From contig JAXHNL010000002.1 of the NCBI GenBank assembly GCA_034520565.1, forward strand, positions 576,001 to 640,000: a stretch of 64,000 bases of DNA, written 5' to 3'. The notes under the pieces are model-generated. The model was not told the origin of the DNA. It was given only the letters and a program-made list of their open reading frames with translations, and made no database searches. A program made the translations under genes and the position numbers. Below are positions 17,979 to 27,939 of the stretch, in pieces. Within the stretch, counting starts at the first letter, position 1, and each line of letters starts with the position of its first letter. This DNA comes from Halodesulfurarchaeum sp. Lineage in GTDB: Archaea > Halobacteriota > Halobacteria > Halobacteriales > Halobacteriaceae.

Positions 17979-18515
17979 TCACCGTTCGACGTCGAGAAGC
18001 GCGACCCGCTCGCAAACGAGGTCGGCGAGATCACCAGTGGTGGCCCGCCGTTCCGCGGGCGTGATCTCGAAGTACTCCGCAATGACCGCTTCGTCGGGCT
18101 CGACCGGCCCGGGCTCGATCAGGTCGCGGACGGCGGTCGCGGCCTCGGTTTCCCGGTCGCCAGCGAGGAGGACGATCACCGACTGGTCGCCCGTCCCGAG
18201 ACCGAGTTCCATCGCCCGATCGATCTGCCGGCGACCGGCCGCGTAGAGCAACACCTCCACCGCGAGCTCGTCGGCGACGTTCTCGCCCCGGGCCATCGAG
18301 CGCTTCGCGTGCTCGAGCGCTGCCCGGAGGTGAGCCGTGCCGGCGATATACCGGGCGTCGAAGGCCTGGAGCAGCACGTCGTACTGCTGGGAAACGGCCC
18401 GGAGGGCCTCGAGGAATTCATCGAGGGATTCGTACTGTGCTGCTGGCGCGGGTTTCGTTTCGTCGGCTCTCGCATCGTCTCTCCCGATTGCCACTCGCCC
18501 GGTGACGGTCTTCAC
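17979..18515 (-). CDS. cgi121: KEOPS complex subunit Cgi121
   Basis: [12 protein letters not shown]...[19 protein letters not shown]. Overlaps the hel308 stop. Confidence 0.9.
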   Translation of the reverse strand: MKTVTGRVAIGRDDARADETKPAPAAQYESLDEFLEALRAVSQQYDVLLQAFDARYIAGTAHLRAALEHAKRSMARGENVADELAVEVLLYAAGRRQIDRAMELGLGTGDQSVIVLLAGDRETEAATAVRDLIEPGPVEPDEAVIAEYFEITPAERRATTGDLADLVCERVALLDVER

Positions 18516-20794
18516 TCGAACTCACCCAGGTTGGCCTGGGCCCCCGAATTGGAGCGCTCACCGCCACGACTGTCGGAACTGGCCGTCGATCCGTTGCCGT
18601 TCGTGATCCGACCGGTTCCGTCCATGCTGGCGTCGACGTCATCAAGGGACGGGTTCGGATGGCCGGCGCTCGCGAGCACCTTCTCGGCGGTCTTCTTCCG
18701 CCCCTTTAACGCGGCTACCACCCGGCCCTTCTCCGCGTTGCGCAGGTCCTCGCGGGTCTCGAAGTCGGCCTCGTAGAGCCGGCGGGCCCGCTTGCGCCCG
18801 ACGTGGCGGACCCCGACCAGGTCCAGAAGGTCCGCGCGGATGCCGTGCTCGACCCGGACGCGGGCCTCGCGGATCGCCGGTGCCGAACTGATCGAGAGCT
18901 CCCCGGCGAGTCGCTCGGCGGCCTGAAGCAGCCATTCGGCCGTCTCGACCTTCCCGCGGATGTCTCCCGGGCCGACGCCGTAGCGCTCCGTGATCCGGTC
19001 CTCGTCGAGTTCCTCGGCCCAGTCCTCGAGGAGTTTCGCGGTCTTCAGCGCCGAGAGCCAGTCCTCGAACTCGCCCTCCGAAAACTCCGAAGGGGTCTTG
19101 CCCAGCAGTTCGCCCTCCCGCTCGTAGGCGATCTCGGTGTACGTGGAGGCGTCGCCCGACTTCAGGTAGAGTTCGTACATGTCCGGCGTGCGACTCACGA
19201 GGTGATAGAGCCCGAGCGGCGACGGCTCGCCCGATCCAGCTTTCAGCCCGTCGATGATGATCGCGGCGGACATCGGATCGAGATAGAGCTGGGAGACGAG
19301 ATGGCCCGCCGGCGTCGCGGAGAGGTCGGGCCCGTCCCGGACGAGGAAGTCATTCGCCTCGAGGTAGTCGAGGACGGCCTCGGTCACGGCCTCGAGCCGC
19401 GAGGGATCGTCGGTCTGGGAGGCATAGAGCGTCTCGCCGAGAAACTCGAGGAGGCCGTCGTGGGTGTGGACGAAGCCGGTCGCGACCGTCGAAAGCACGT
19501 GCGAGCGCAGCGCGGGCTCGGCGGCCAGCTTCGAGCGGACCGGCTCTGGCTCCCCGTAGATGTAGCGATCGAAGAGCTCCTCGAGTTCGTCGTGGGTGTT
19601 CGCGAGCAGGACGGCCTCGCCGTGTGGGTCACGGCCCGGCCGCCCGGCCCGGCCGAACATCTGGTGGACTTCGAGGATCGAGAGCGGCGCCATGCCCCCC
19701 GTCGAGCCGTCGTATCGCCGCCAGTCCCGAACGACGACTCGTCGGCTTGGGGTGTTGACTCCCGCCGCGAGGGTCGGCGTCGCCGCGACGGCCCGGATCA
19801 GCCGGTCCCGGAAGGCGTCTTCGATGATCGTGCGATGGCCCCTGGCGAGCCCGGCGTGGTGGAAGGCGGCCCCCTTCTCGACGGCTGCTGCGAGGTCTTC
19901 GCTCGTTTCCGTGTCGCTCACCGACCGGATCTCCGCTCCGAGTTCCTGGAGTCGCTCCCGGTCGGCCGCTTCGAGATCCTGCTCGGTCACGGTCGTCAGT
20001 CGGCGGGCGGCGGCCTCGGCGTTCCGGCGGGAGTTGACGAAGACCAGCGCCGATCCCCCCTCCTCGATGGTGTCGTTCACGAGCGCTTCGGTCTGCTCGT
20101 TCGATCCTGTCGGGAGTTCGCGGGTCGTTCCGTCGTCGAGATGGAGGGCGTCGCCGTAGTGAACGCCCGTCCGGAGTTCGATGGGTCGCCACTCGGAATC
20201 GACCAGTTCGGCGTCGAGCCAGTCGGCGATCTCGTCGGCGTTGCCGATGGTCGCCGAGAGGGCGATCACCTGGAGGGCGGCCACCCGCGAGCGGAGCTTC
20301 GCGAGGGTCACCTCGAGGGTCGGGCCGCGGCTTCGGTCGTCCACGAGGTGGACTTCGTCGGCGACGACGGTCGCCAGGTTCTCGATCCAGTCTGCGCCGT
20401 TCCGGATGAGCGAGTCGACCTTCTCGGAGGTCGCGACGACGATGTCCGCGTTGCCGAGCCAGTCGCCGTCACTCTCGTAGTTGCCGGTCGAGACAGCGAC
20501 GTCGAGACCGAACCGCTCGAGTTCCTCGAACTCGGCGGCCTTTTCGCTCGCCAGGGCACGGAGCGGGACGATGTACAGGGCCATCCCGTCGCCGTCTCCG
20601 ATGGCCGAGAGCATTCCGAGCTGGGCGATAAGGGTCTTACCGCTCGCGGTCGGCACGCTCGCGACGACGCTCTCGCCCTCGAGCACGCCGGCCTCGACGG
20701 CGGCGGCCTGTGGCGGATAGAGCTCCTCGATCCCTGCGTCGGCGAAGTGATCGGCCACCCCGTCGGGGAGTCCCGACAGGTCCCTGAGCTGCAT
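18512..20794 (-). CDS. hel308: Ski2-like DNA helicase Hel308
   Basis: Motifs LYPPQ, PTASGKT, DEVH, SAT, AFHHAGL and QMFGRAGRP, plus a C-terminal HhH. Confidence 0.95.
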   Translation of the reverse strand: MQLRDLSGLPDGVADHFADAGIEELYPPQAAAVEAGVLEGESVVASVPTASGKTLIAQLGMLSAIGDGDGMALYIVPLRALASEKAAEFEELERFGLDVAVSTGNYESDGDWLGNADIVVATSEKVDSLIRNGADWIENLATVVADEVHLVDDRSRGPTLEVTLAKLRSRVAALQVIALSATIGNADEIADWLDAELVDSEWRPIELRTGVHYGDALHLDDGTTRELPTGSNEQTEALVNDTIEEGGSALVFVNSRRNAEAAARRLTTVTEQDLEAADRERLQELGAEIRSVSDTETSEDLAAAVEKGAAFHHAGLARGHRTIIEDAFRDRLIRAVAATPTLAAGVNTPSRRVVVRDWRRYDGSTGGMAPLSILEVHQMFGRAGRPGRDPHGEAVLLANTHDELEELFDRYIYGEPEPVRSKLAAEPALRSHVLSTVATGFVHTHDGLLEFLGETLYASQTDDPSRLEAVTEAVLDYLEANDFLVRDGPDLSATPAGHLVSQLYLDPMSAAIIIDGLKAGSGEPSPLGLYHLVSRTPDMYELYLKSGDASTYTEIAYEREGELLGKTPSEFSEGEFEDWLSALKTAKLLEDWAEELDEDRITERYGVGPGDIRGKVETAEWLLQAAERLAGELSISSAPAIREARVRVEHGIRADLLDLVGVRHVGRKRARRLYEADFETREDLRNAEKGRVVAALKGRKKTAEKVLASAGHPNPSLDDVDASMDGTGRITNGNGSTASSDSRGGERSNSGAQANLGEFE

Positions 20795-20946
20795 CGGCCG
20801 ACAGTTGTCCGTCACCGGATAAAAACTGCCGGGCTTTCCGGTGGGGTGGATCGTCGAACAGGCTCCCGTTCATCCGGGCCCGCCTTCGCACTCGGGACAC
20901 CGGGAAGCCGCGTCACTTTAACCGATCCAGCCCGATTCTCCGGGTA

Positions 20947-21570
20947 ATGAGCGAGAACTTCGACAAGGAGGCCGAACGGGAGCGCCTCCGGGAGAAGTAC
21001 GAGTCCGACTCGGCGGACCGCGAGGTCACCGAACGCATGAGCCAGTTGCTTCTCCAGGGCGCGACGATGACGAACAAGCACTGTGAGACCTGCGGCTCGC
21101 CGATCTTCCGCTACCAGGGCCAGGCGTTCTGTCCGACCTGTCAGGCCGAGGCGGATGCCGAGGCAGCGGCCGGGGGCGGAGCGTCCGGCGGTGACGGAGG
21201 CGAAGCGACGGCTCGGGCGACCGACGACGAGCCATCGGGTGCTTCGACACAGACCGCAGCCGGGGACGGGACGGGCGGCCAGCCTGCCGAGGAATCGGCC
21301 GCCGCGAACGTGGGCCACGAGTCGGTCGGGGCCGCCTCGACCGGCACGGCCGAACTCGGGGGGCAGACCCAGCCATCGCCGCCGACGGGGCCCAGCGGCA
21401 GCGGGACGGCCGCCGGCTCGACCCAGACCGCCGTCAGCCAGTCTCTCGCCGAGACGATCGTCACGCTGTCCGAGCGTGCACGGGAGAGCGAGGACCCGAA
21501 CCAGTCGAAAAAACTCCTCGAGGCGGCCCGGGAGGCCGCGGAGACGCTTTCGAGATTGCAGGGACGGTAA
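20947..21570 (+). CDS. Zn-ribbon protein of the UPF0148 / Sjogren autoantigen-1-like family
   Basis: MSQLLLQGATMTNKHCETCGSPIFRYQGQAFCPTC. Confidence 0.85.
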   Translation: MSENFDKEAERERLREKYESDSADREVTERMSQLLLQGATMTNKHCETCGSPIFRYQGQAFCPTCQAEADAEAAAGGGASGGDGGEATARATDDEPSGASTQTAAGDGTGGQPAEESAAANVGHESVGAASTGTAELGGQTQPSPPTGPSGSGTAAGSTQTAVSQSLAETIVTLSERARESEDPNQSKKLLEAAREAAETLSRLQGR

Positions 21571-21571
21571 C

Positions 21572-21976
21572 ATGTCCACCGAGAAGATCCTCGTCCCCAT
21601 CGACGGGACCGACGTGGGCTTTCGGGCCCTCTCCTTCGCGACGGAACTGGCCGCGGCCTTCGACGCCTCTCTCGACGCGATTCACATCACGACCGAGGCG
21701 GGCGAGGACGCGACCGCCGTGCTCGACCGGGCCGAGCGGGTTCTCGGGACGGTCGACGTCGAGACGTCACTCGAGGTCGCCCCCGACCTCGATCTCGACT
21801 TCCGGCCGGCGGATCGGCTCGGCGAGGACATCCTCGACCTGGTCGCCGAGCGTGGCTACGATCACGTCGTGATGGGTCACGAGGAGCCACCGGGACCGGT
21901 CGAACGCGTGATTCTCGGGAGCGCCCCGGAGACGATCCTCCGGAGCGAACGCGTCAGGCTCACGGTCGTTCCCTGA
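21572..21976 (+). CDS. Universal stress protein
   Basis: KILVPIDG...DHVVMG...ILGS. Confidence 0.85.
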   Translation: MSTEKILVPIDGTDVGFRALSFATELAAAFDASLDAIHITTEAGEDATAVLDRAERVLGTVDVETSLEVAPDLDLDFRPADRLGEDILDLVAERGYDHVVMGHEEPPGPVERVILGSAPETILRSERVRLTVVP

Positions 21977-21997
21977 CCCGGTCCGGGTCGGGGGCGT

Positions 21998-24571
21998 CTA
22001 CCGCGGGTCGTAGTCGCTTCCGACGACCTCCCGGATCCGCTCGGCTGTCACCTCGCCGACGCCCTCGACCGCCTGGAGCGCCTCGGCGTCGGCCGTCAGG
22101 ACGGCCTCCACGCTCCCCAGAGCCTCGAGGAGGGATCTCGCGGTGATCGGGCCGATGTCGGCGATCGCGCTGATCACGTACTCCTGCTGTTCGACGAGGG
22201 TCTTCGCCTGGGACTCGCCGTGGACGCTCACCTCGCGATCCCGCTCTTCTTGCTCCCGCCTCGCGATGGTTTCGAGCAGGGCGGCGGTGTCCGCCTCGTC
22301 CCGGGTGAAAAGCACCGAGATGCCGAAATCTACCGCGAGGCTGGCGAGTGCACCCCGGATTGCGTTCGGGTGGACGTTTCGCTCTTCGTAGAGATTGCCC
22401 TCTCCTTCGACGAGGAGGACGGGGCGGCGGTAGTGACGGGTCAGGTTCCCGGCCTGGTCGAAGAGTGCCCGGTCGCCGCCGTCGAGCAGCGTCGAGAGGA
22501 AATCCGCGATGGACTTGCGCTCGACGGCGACCCGGTCCGAGAGCACGTAGTCCCCGACCTCGAGGGTCTCCAGTCGGGTCTCGATCCCCTCGCGTTTCGA
22601 GAGTTTTCGGGCGATATGTGCGTCGAGTTCCCGCTGGTCGATCACGATCTCGACGTGGTCCTCGCCGCCCGCCTCGGCGACGATCTTTTCGGCCGCAGGG
22701 TCGGCGTCGCTCCCGTCGGGTGACGGTTCGGTAGCGGTCCCGTCCGATTCTGCCGGCTCGTCGTCGGTTTCGTCCGATGCGACCGACTCGGTGGCGTTTT
22801 CGGCCGATGCTGCTCCGGCATCGCCTTTACCACGCTCGGCCGTCGATTCTGTGGCGGCTTCCGGATCGTCGTCGGATCCGTCCCCGTCCGAATCGAAGTC
22901 TCCGATACCGGACTGGCCGTTCCCCGACCCGTTCGCGGACCTGCTGGCCTCGGGTTCGCTCCCGGAACCCGAATCCGATCCGGCTCCGAACGCCTCGAGG
23001 TCGGCCTGGCCGCCGAACTCCGCCTCGAGGTCGGGAGCGACGTCCCTGAGCGCCTCGAGCTCCGCGGCCATCTCCTCTTCGCGACGCTTCGAGATCCAGT
23101 AGTAGGCCTCATCGCGGGTGTCCTCGGCCATGAGGACGACGACTTTCCCCTCGGTCTGTCTGCCGGTCCGGCCCTTGCGCTGGATCGAGCGGATCGCGTT
23201 CGGGACGGGCTCGAAGAAGCAAACCAGGTCGACCTCGGGGACGTCCAGGCCCTCCTCCGCGACCGAGGTCGAGACGAGCACCTCGAATGCCCCGGCACGG
23301 AATTCCTCGAGGACGGCGGTCTGCTCGGTCTGGGTCATGCCCGAGGACCCCTCCTTGTCCCCCTGGCCGACGAAGCGCCGAACGTCGAATCCCTCCGAGA
23401 GGAACTCGGTCAGCGCCTCGGCGGTGTCCCGGGACTCGGTGAAGACGATCACCCGGTCGCCACCCTTGATCCCCAACGTCTCCGCGAGGAGGATCCGCAC
23501 CCGGCGGAATTTGGGGTGGAGGTCGTCGAAGTTGCGGGCCTGCTCCATCGCCCGCCGGATCTCGGGATCGGAGATAAAGCGCTGACTCGCCTTCGAGGCC
23601 CCCGAGGAGCGGGCGGCGTTTTTCTGGCGCTCGAAGTACCGGTCGAGAGCGTCCACGCTCTGGGTTTCGACCAGTTCGACCGCCCGCTTGATTTTCATGA
23701 TCTCCGCGTGAACGGACATCCCCTCATAGCCCGCCGGATCGTCCCGATCGATCAACCGCTGGAGCTTCGAGCGGATCTCGTGGAGGTCCCGCTGGGAGAT
23801 TTCGGGGTCCGTGGCGTTCGTCACGCCCAACTCCGAGAGCGTTTCGAGCCGGTCCGAGAGTACCTCTTGCAGCCGATCCCGAATCTCGAGGACCTCGTCG
23901 GGGAGATCGATCCGGAGCCACTCGACGTCGGTTCCATAGGTGTACGCCGCGACGTCCGGATCCGACTCGGTCTTGACCGCGACCTGCTCCAGTCCGAGGT
24001 TCGACATGACCGTCCGGATAGCCTCCTCGTCGTCACCGGGGGAGGCGCTCATCGCGGTCACGAGCGGGTCAGTCGCAGCCTCGTGGTAGCGCTCGGCGAT
24101 GTACGCGTAGGGGTAGTCCCCTGTCGCCCGGTGGCACTCGTCGACGGTGAGGTGAACGACCGACCCGAGGTCGATCCGGTTGCCCAGCAGGTCGTTTTCG
24201 ACCACCTGTGGCGTGGCGACGATCACCCGGGCGGACTCGAACAGATCGGCGCGGTCCTCGGGCCGGGTCTCGCCAGTAAAGACGACCACGTCCTCGTTTG
24301 GGATCGCAAGCGCCTCGCGATAGAATCCCGCGTGTTGTTCGACCAGCGGTTTCGTCGGGGCGAGGAGGATCGCCTTCGAGTCGGGATGGTCGGCGAGCCG
24401 ATGGGCGGTCACGCGCAAGCTCACCGCTGTCTTGCCGAGCCCCGTGGGCAGCGAGACGAGGGTATGGCCCTCCCGGGCCCGCTCCACCAGATCAGTCTGG
24501 TAGGGCCGGGCCTCGAGGGCCCCCGGCTCGATCAGCGGGTGATCCACGGTGGTCGCCTCGCCTGCTGCCAT
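21998..24571 (-). CDS. hef: Hef helicase/nuclease (FANCM/XPF homologue)
   Basis: SF2 motifs LPTGLGKT, DECHRA and IQRKGRTGR, an acidic linker, an ERCC4 domain (GDYVL..VERKS) and an HhH. Confidence 0.95.
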   Translation of the reverse strand: MAAGEATTVDHPLIEPGALEARPYQTDLVERAREGHTLVSLPTGLGKTAVSLRVTAHRLADHPDSKAILLAPTKPLVEQHAGFYREALAIPNEDVVVFTGETRPEDRADLFESARVIVATPQVVENDLLGNRIDLGSVVHLTVDECHRATGDYPYAYIAERYHEAATDPLVTAMSASPGDDEEAIRTVMSNLGLEQVAVKTESDPDVAAYTYGTDVEWLRIDLPDEVLEIRDRLQEVLSDRLETLSELGVTNATDPEISQRDLHEIRSKLQRLIDRDDPAGYEGMSVHAEIMKIKRAVELVETQSVDALDRYFERQKNAARSSGASKASQRFISDPEIRRAMEQARNFDDLHPKFRRVRILLAETLGIKGGDRVIVFTESRDTAEALTEFLSEGFDVRRFVGQGDKEGSSGMTQTEQTAVLEEFRAGAFEVLVSTSVAEEGLDVPEVDLVCFFEPVPNAIRSIQRKGRTGRQTEGKVVVLMAEDTRDEAYYWISKRREEEMAAELEALRDVAPDLEAEFGGQADLEAFGAGSDSGSGSEPEASRSANGSGNGQSGIGDFDSDGDGSDDDPEAATESTAERGKGDAGAASAENATESVASDETDDEPAESDGTATEPSPDGSDADPAAEKIVAEAGGEDHVEIVIDQRELDAHIARKLSKREGIETRLETLEVGDYVLSDRVAVERKSIADFLSTLLDGGDRALFDQAGNLTRHYRRPVLLVEGEGNLYEERNVHPNAIRGALASLAVDFGISVLFTRDEADTAALLETIARREQEERDREVSVHGESQAKTLVEQQEYVISAIADIGPITARSLLEALGSVEAVLTADAEALQAVEGVGEVTAERIREVVGSDYDPR

Positions 24572-24620
24572 TCCTCTGGGAGTTGTTCGCTCTGGCGGTT
24601 AAGGTTTCGCGTCCGACGGC

Positions 24621-25181
24621 TCAGAGCAGGAGGAATCCGACCTGCATCGCTGCCGCCGCCCCGATCGGGATGGTGAGGTTGTCGTCGATCACGTAGCCCC
24701 CGATCGTCGGCTTGGCGCCGTCGGCGACGGTGGCCGTCGCGGCGCCCATGACCGCCGGCCCGGGCGGGATCAGGAGCAACCCGGCAATGCCCAGGCTGAT
24801 CCCGAAGGTGGCCAGTAACACGTAGCCTTGCTTGACTTCGAGGCTGCCACTCGAGAGGATCCCGCTCACCGGATCGGCAATTGTGAGCATCAACAGTGCT
24901 GGGACGGCCACCCGAGGATCGAACGCGAGGACCGTCACGGAAGCCCCAACGAGGGCGAGCGCGTACCCGGCGGGCCAGTTGGCCTCGTAGTCTCGGGTGA
25001 ACCGTTCATACACCCACAGGTCGAGGTGGCCGGAGAGCCGCAGCGCCTCCAGCACAGTCGCGATGGCCATGGCGATGAGGACGAGCCCCGTCGCCTGCGG
25101 CCACGTGATGATGTCCATCACGTAGGCGATCGGGACCAGGCTCCCGCTCGCGTGTACCAGCCGACGACCGTATTCGCTCAC
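24621..25181 (-). CDS. Dolichol kinase / CTP-transferase-1 family membrane protein
   Basis: GTG start overlaps the glyS stop. Motifs RRLVHASG, ADPVSG and IDDNLTIP. Confidence 0.8.
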   Translation of the reverse strand: MSEYGRRLVHASGSLVPIAYVMDIITWPQATGLVLIAMAIATVLEALRLSGHLDLWVYERFTRDYEANWPAGYALALVGASVTVLAFDPRVAVPALLMLTIADPVSGILSSGSLEVKQGYVLLATFGISLGIAGLLLIPPGPAVMGAATATVADGAKPTIGGYVIDDNLTIPIGAAAAMQVGFLLL

Positions 25182-26917
25182 AGCTGCTCGAAGGCCAGCT
25201 CGCCGTCCCGGAGCGCGGCGAGTGTTTCGGGCAGGCCCTCGATCCCCACGCGAACCTGCTCGGTCGTGTCCCGGTCCCGCACCGTGACCGTCCCGGTCTC
25301 GAGACTCTCGTAGTCGACGGTGACACAGAACGGGGTGCCGATCTCGTCCTGGCGCCGGTACCGCCGGCCGATCGCCCCCGAATCGTCGTAGGTGACCGCG
25401 AGGCCCGCTTCTCGCAACTCCTCGGCCAGGTCCCGAGCCCGTTCGCCCAGGCCGTCCTTGTCCATGAGCGGGAAGACCCCGATGAGGGTGGGCGCCATCT
25501 CCGGAGGCAGGCGGAGTACGGTGCGCTCCTCGCCGTCGATCTCGTCCTCGTCGTAGGCGTGGACCAGGACCGCGTAGACCGCCCGGTCGATCCCCATCGA
25601 GGGCTCGATCACGTGCGGGGTGATGTGTTCCCCCCGCTCGGTGACTTCTTCGACGGCGAACCCGGTCTGCTCGACCGGAATTTCGACGGTTTCCTCCTCG
25701 AGGTCGACGCTGACGCCCTCCCCGTCGAACACCGCGGGATCGCTCTCGGCCAGCTCCTCGAGGGACGCGGCGATGTCGGCCGCCTGGGAACCGAACTCCG
25801 GCCCCAGTGCGGCCATGTCCGGGTCGACGGTGGCCCGCTCCCCGGTTCGTGGCTCGTCGTACTCCCTGAAAACCTGGTAGCGCTCGCCGGTGTGGGCCTC
25901 GTGGTGGCTGAGGTCGTAGGTGCCCCGGTTGGCGATCCCGGCGAGTTCGATCCACTCCGGTTCCGTTCCCGGTGCGCTCACGTCGGCCTCCGCGTCCCAG
26001 CAGTCACGGGCGTAGTGGGCCCGCTCGGCCGGCTGGTGCTGCCGGAACCGCAGGCGGCCGAGGTCGACCCCGATCCGGTCGTACCACTCGGTGGCGATGC
26101 CGACGTAATACCCGACCCAGGCGTCCTCGATCGGCCCCGTTTCGACGGCCTCGCCGATCGACTGGAAGCTCGGATCGCCGTCTTCCTGCTGGACCGCGGC
26201 GCTGTAGAGCGGGGCCTCGACGTCGGCGACCCGCTCCAGATCCGGCTCGTCCGAGTCGGGGTCGAAGAAGAGCTCGAGTTCGGCCTGGTTGAACTCCCGG
26301 GTCCGGACGATGGCGTTTCGCGGACTGATCTCGTTGCGGTAGGCCCGGCCGATCTGGGCCACGCCGAAGGGCAATTCGCCACGGGCGTACTCCCGGAGCC
26401 GCGGGAAGTCCACGAAGATGCCCTGGGCGGTCTCCGGTCGGAGGTAGCCCCGGTTACTCGAGCCGGGCCCGATCGCGGTCTCGAACATCAGGTTGAACTC
26501 CTCGACCGGCTCGTCGGCGAGTGCCGCTCCACAGCTCGGGCAGGTGATCCCGTGCTCGGCAAGGAGCGATTCGATCTCCGCGGGCGAGAAGGTCTCGGCC
26601 TCGGTGATGTCGGTCTGCCCCTCGACGAGGTGGTCGGCTCGATGGCTCTGTTCGCAGTCCGGGCACTCGACCAGCAGGTCGTCGAAGCCGTCGAGGTGGC
26701 CCGAAGCCGCAAAGACCGCCTCTGGGAGGATCGTCGGGGCGTCGATCTCGTCGTGCCCTTCCCGGGTCGCCCATCGCTCGCGCCAGCTTCCCTCGATCTT
26801 GGCCTTGAGCGTCGCGCCGTGAGGACCGTAGGTGTAAAAGCCCGAGACGCCGCCGTATGACGAACCGGTCTGGAAGAAAAACCCGCGGCGCTTGGCCAGT
26901 TCGGTCAGCTCCCTCAT
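25178..26917 (-). CDS. glyS: Glycine--tRNA ligase
   Basis: Motifs LAKRRGFF, YLRPETAQGIF, RNEISPR and GAIGRRYRRQDEIGTP. Confidence 0.96.
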   Translation of the reverse strand: MRELTELAKRRGFFFQTGSSYGGVSGFYTYGPHGATLKAKIEGSWRERWATREGHDEIDAPTILPEAVFAASGHLDGFDDLLVECPDCEQSHRADHLVEGQTDITEAETFSPAEIESLLAEHGITCPSCGAALADEPVEEFNLMFETAIGPGSSNRGYLRPETAQGIFVDFPRLREYARGELPFGVAQIGRAYRNEISPRNAIVRTREFNQAELELFFDPDSDEPDLERVADVEAPLYSAAVQQEDGDPSFQSIGEAVETGPIEDAWVGYYVGIATEWYDRIGVDLGRLRFRQHQPAERAHYARDCWDAEADVSAPGTEPEWIELAGIANRGTYDLSHHEAHTGERYQVFREYDEPRTGERATVDPDMAALGPEFGSQAADIAASLEELAESDPAVFDGEGVSVDLEEETVEIPVEQTGFAVEEVTERGEHITPHVIEPSMGIDRAVYAVLVHAYDEDEIDGEERTVLRLPPEMAPTLIGVFPLMDKDGLGERARDLAEELREAGLAVTYDDSGAIGRRYRRQDEIGTPFCVTVDYESLETGTVTVRDRDTTEQVRVGIEGLPETLAALRDGELAFEQL

Positions 26918-27762
26918 AGGCCCCGGAGCAGGTCGACGTCCCGGACGATGCCGACGAGTTCGTCCCCGCGCTTGAGTGGCACCTGCTCGATGTCGTTGTC
27001 GAGGAGGAGTCCGGCGACCTCCCTGGCGGTCCGTCCACCGGTGACGGTCACGAGCGAACTCGACATGTACTCCCGGACCGGTTCGTTGGGGAACTCGACG
27101 TCCCGGGTCGGGAGATAGCGGTTGCCGACCGCCTTGATCCCCTCCCACATCCAGTCGTCGTCCTGGTCGGCGATGCTCTCGCCGGTGGCGTCCTCGCCCT
27201 CGACGACCCGCGCAACGTCGATGATGTCGACCTCGGTGATGATGCCGGCCATTTCGCCGTCGTCGTCGAGTGCGATCGCGTAGGGCACGTTTGCAAAGGC
27301 GATCTCCCGCTCGGCGACGGTCAGGGGGGTACCGACGTAGACCGTGTTGACGTCGTGACTCGCGAGCCCCCCGACCTCGCGTTCCCCGTCGGCGTCGCCG
27401 TCCGCGATGGCCCTGACGACGTCCGTCACCGTGATCATCCCGGTCAGGCCGCCGCCGTTGACGACCGGAACCCGCCGTTCGCCGGTCTCGACGATGAGTT
27501 CGGCCACTTCGTGGAGCGTGGCGTCACTCGTCGTCGTGGTGACGTCCTCCATGAGAATGGCCAGCTGGTCCTCGTTCGGTCTGGCGATCAGGCTCTCGCG
27601 GGAGACGAGCCCGCGGTACTGCTCGCCGTCGTCGGTTTCTTTGACGACCGGGACCGAGGAGAAGGATCGCTCCTGCAGGTACTCGAGGACGTCGTCACGG
27701 GTTCCGGGGAGCGAAACCGTGACCACGTCGGCCCGCGGCGTCATCGCGTCGGCAACCTTCAT
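26914..27762 (-). CDS. CBS-domain protein
   Basis: Four CBS-like repeats. Translationally coupled to glyS. Confidence 0.88.
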   Translation of the reverse strand: MKVADAMTPRADVVTVSLPGTRDDVLEYLQERSFSSVPVVKETDDGEQYRGLVSRESLIARPNEDQLAILMEDVTTTTSDATLHEVAELIVETGERRVPVVNGGGLTGMITVTDVVRAIADGDADGEREVGGLASHDVNTVYVGTPLTVAEREIAFANVPYAIALDDDGEMAGIITEVDIIDVARVVEGEDATGESIADQDDDWMWEGIKAVGNRYLPTRDVEFPNEPVREYMSSSLVTVTGGRTAREVAGLLLDNDIEQVPLKRGDELVGIVRDVDLLRGL

Positions 27763-27939
27763 GTGAGCGGCTTACAGGGTCCTTGCATATGTAGGCTACG
27801 ACAGCGAGTGGCGGAAATCTGCCACGGAACTCCCGACGATGCGAATGGTTCGACCCTTCCCGGCAAGGGGCGGGCTCCGGGCCTTGTGGGAAATCTTTCA
27901 CCAATTTTTATAACGCTTCACAATATTGGTCCTGTTGGT

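Noticed and set aside
22690-23000. Possible insertion or intein in hef
   Set aside because: It is a low-complexity acidic linker between the helicase and nuclease domains, as expected for Hef, with no intein motifs.
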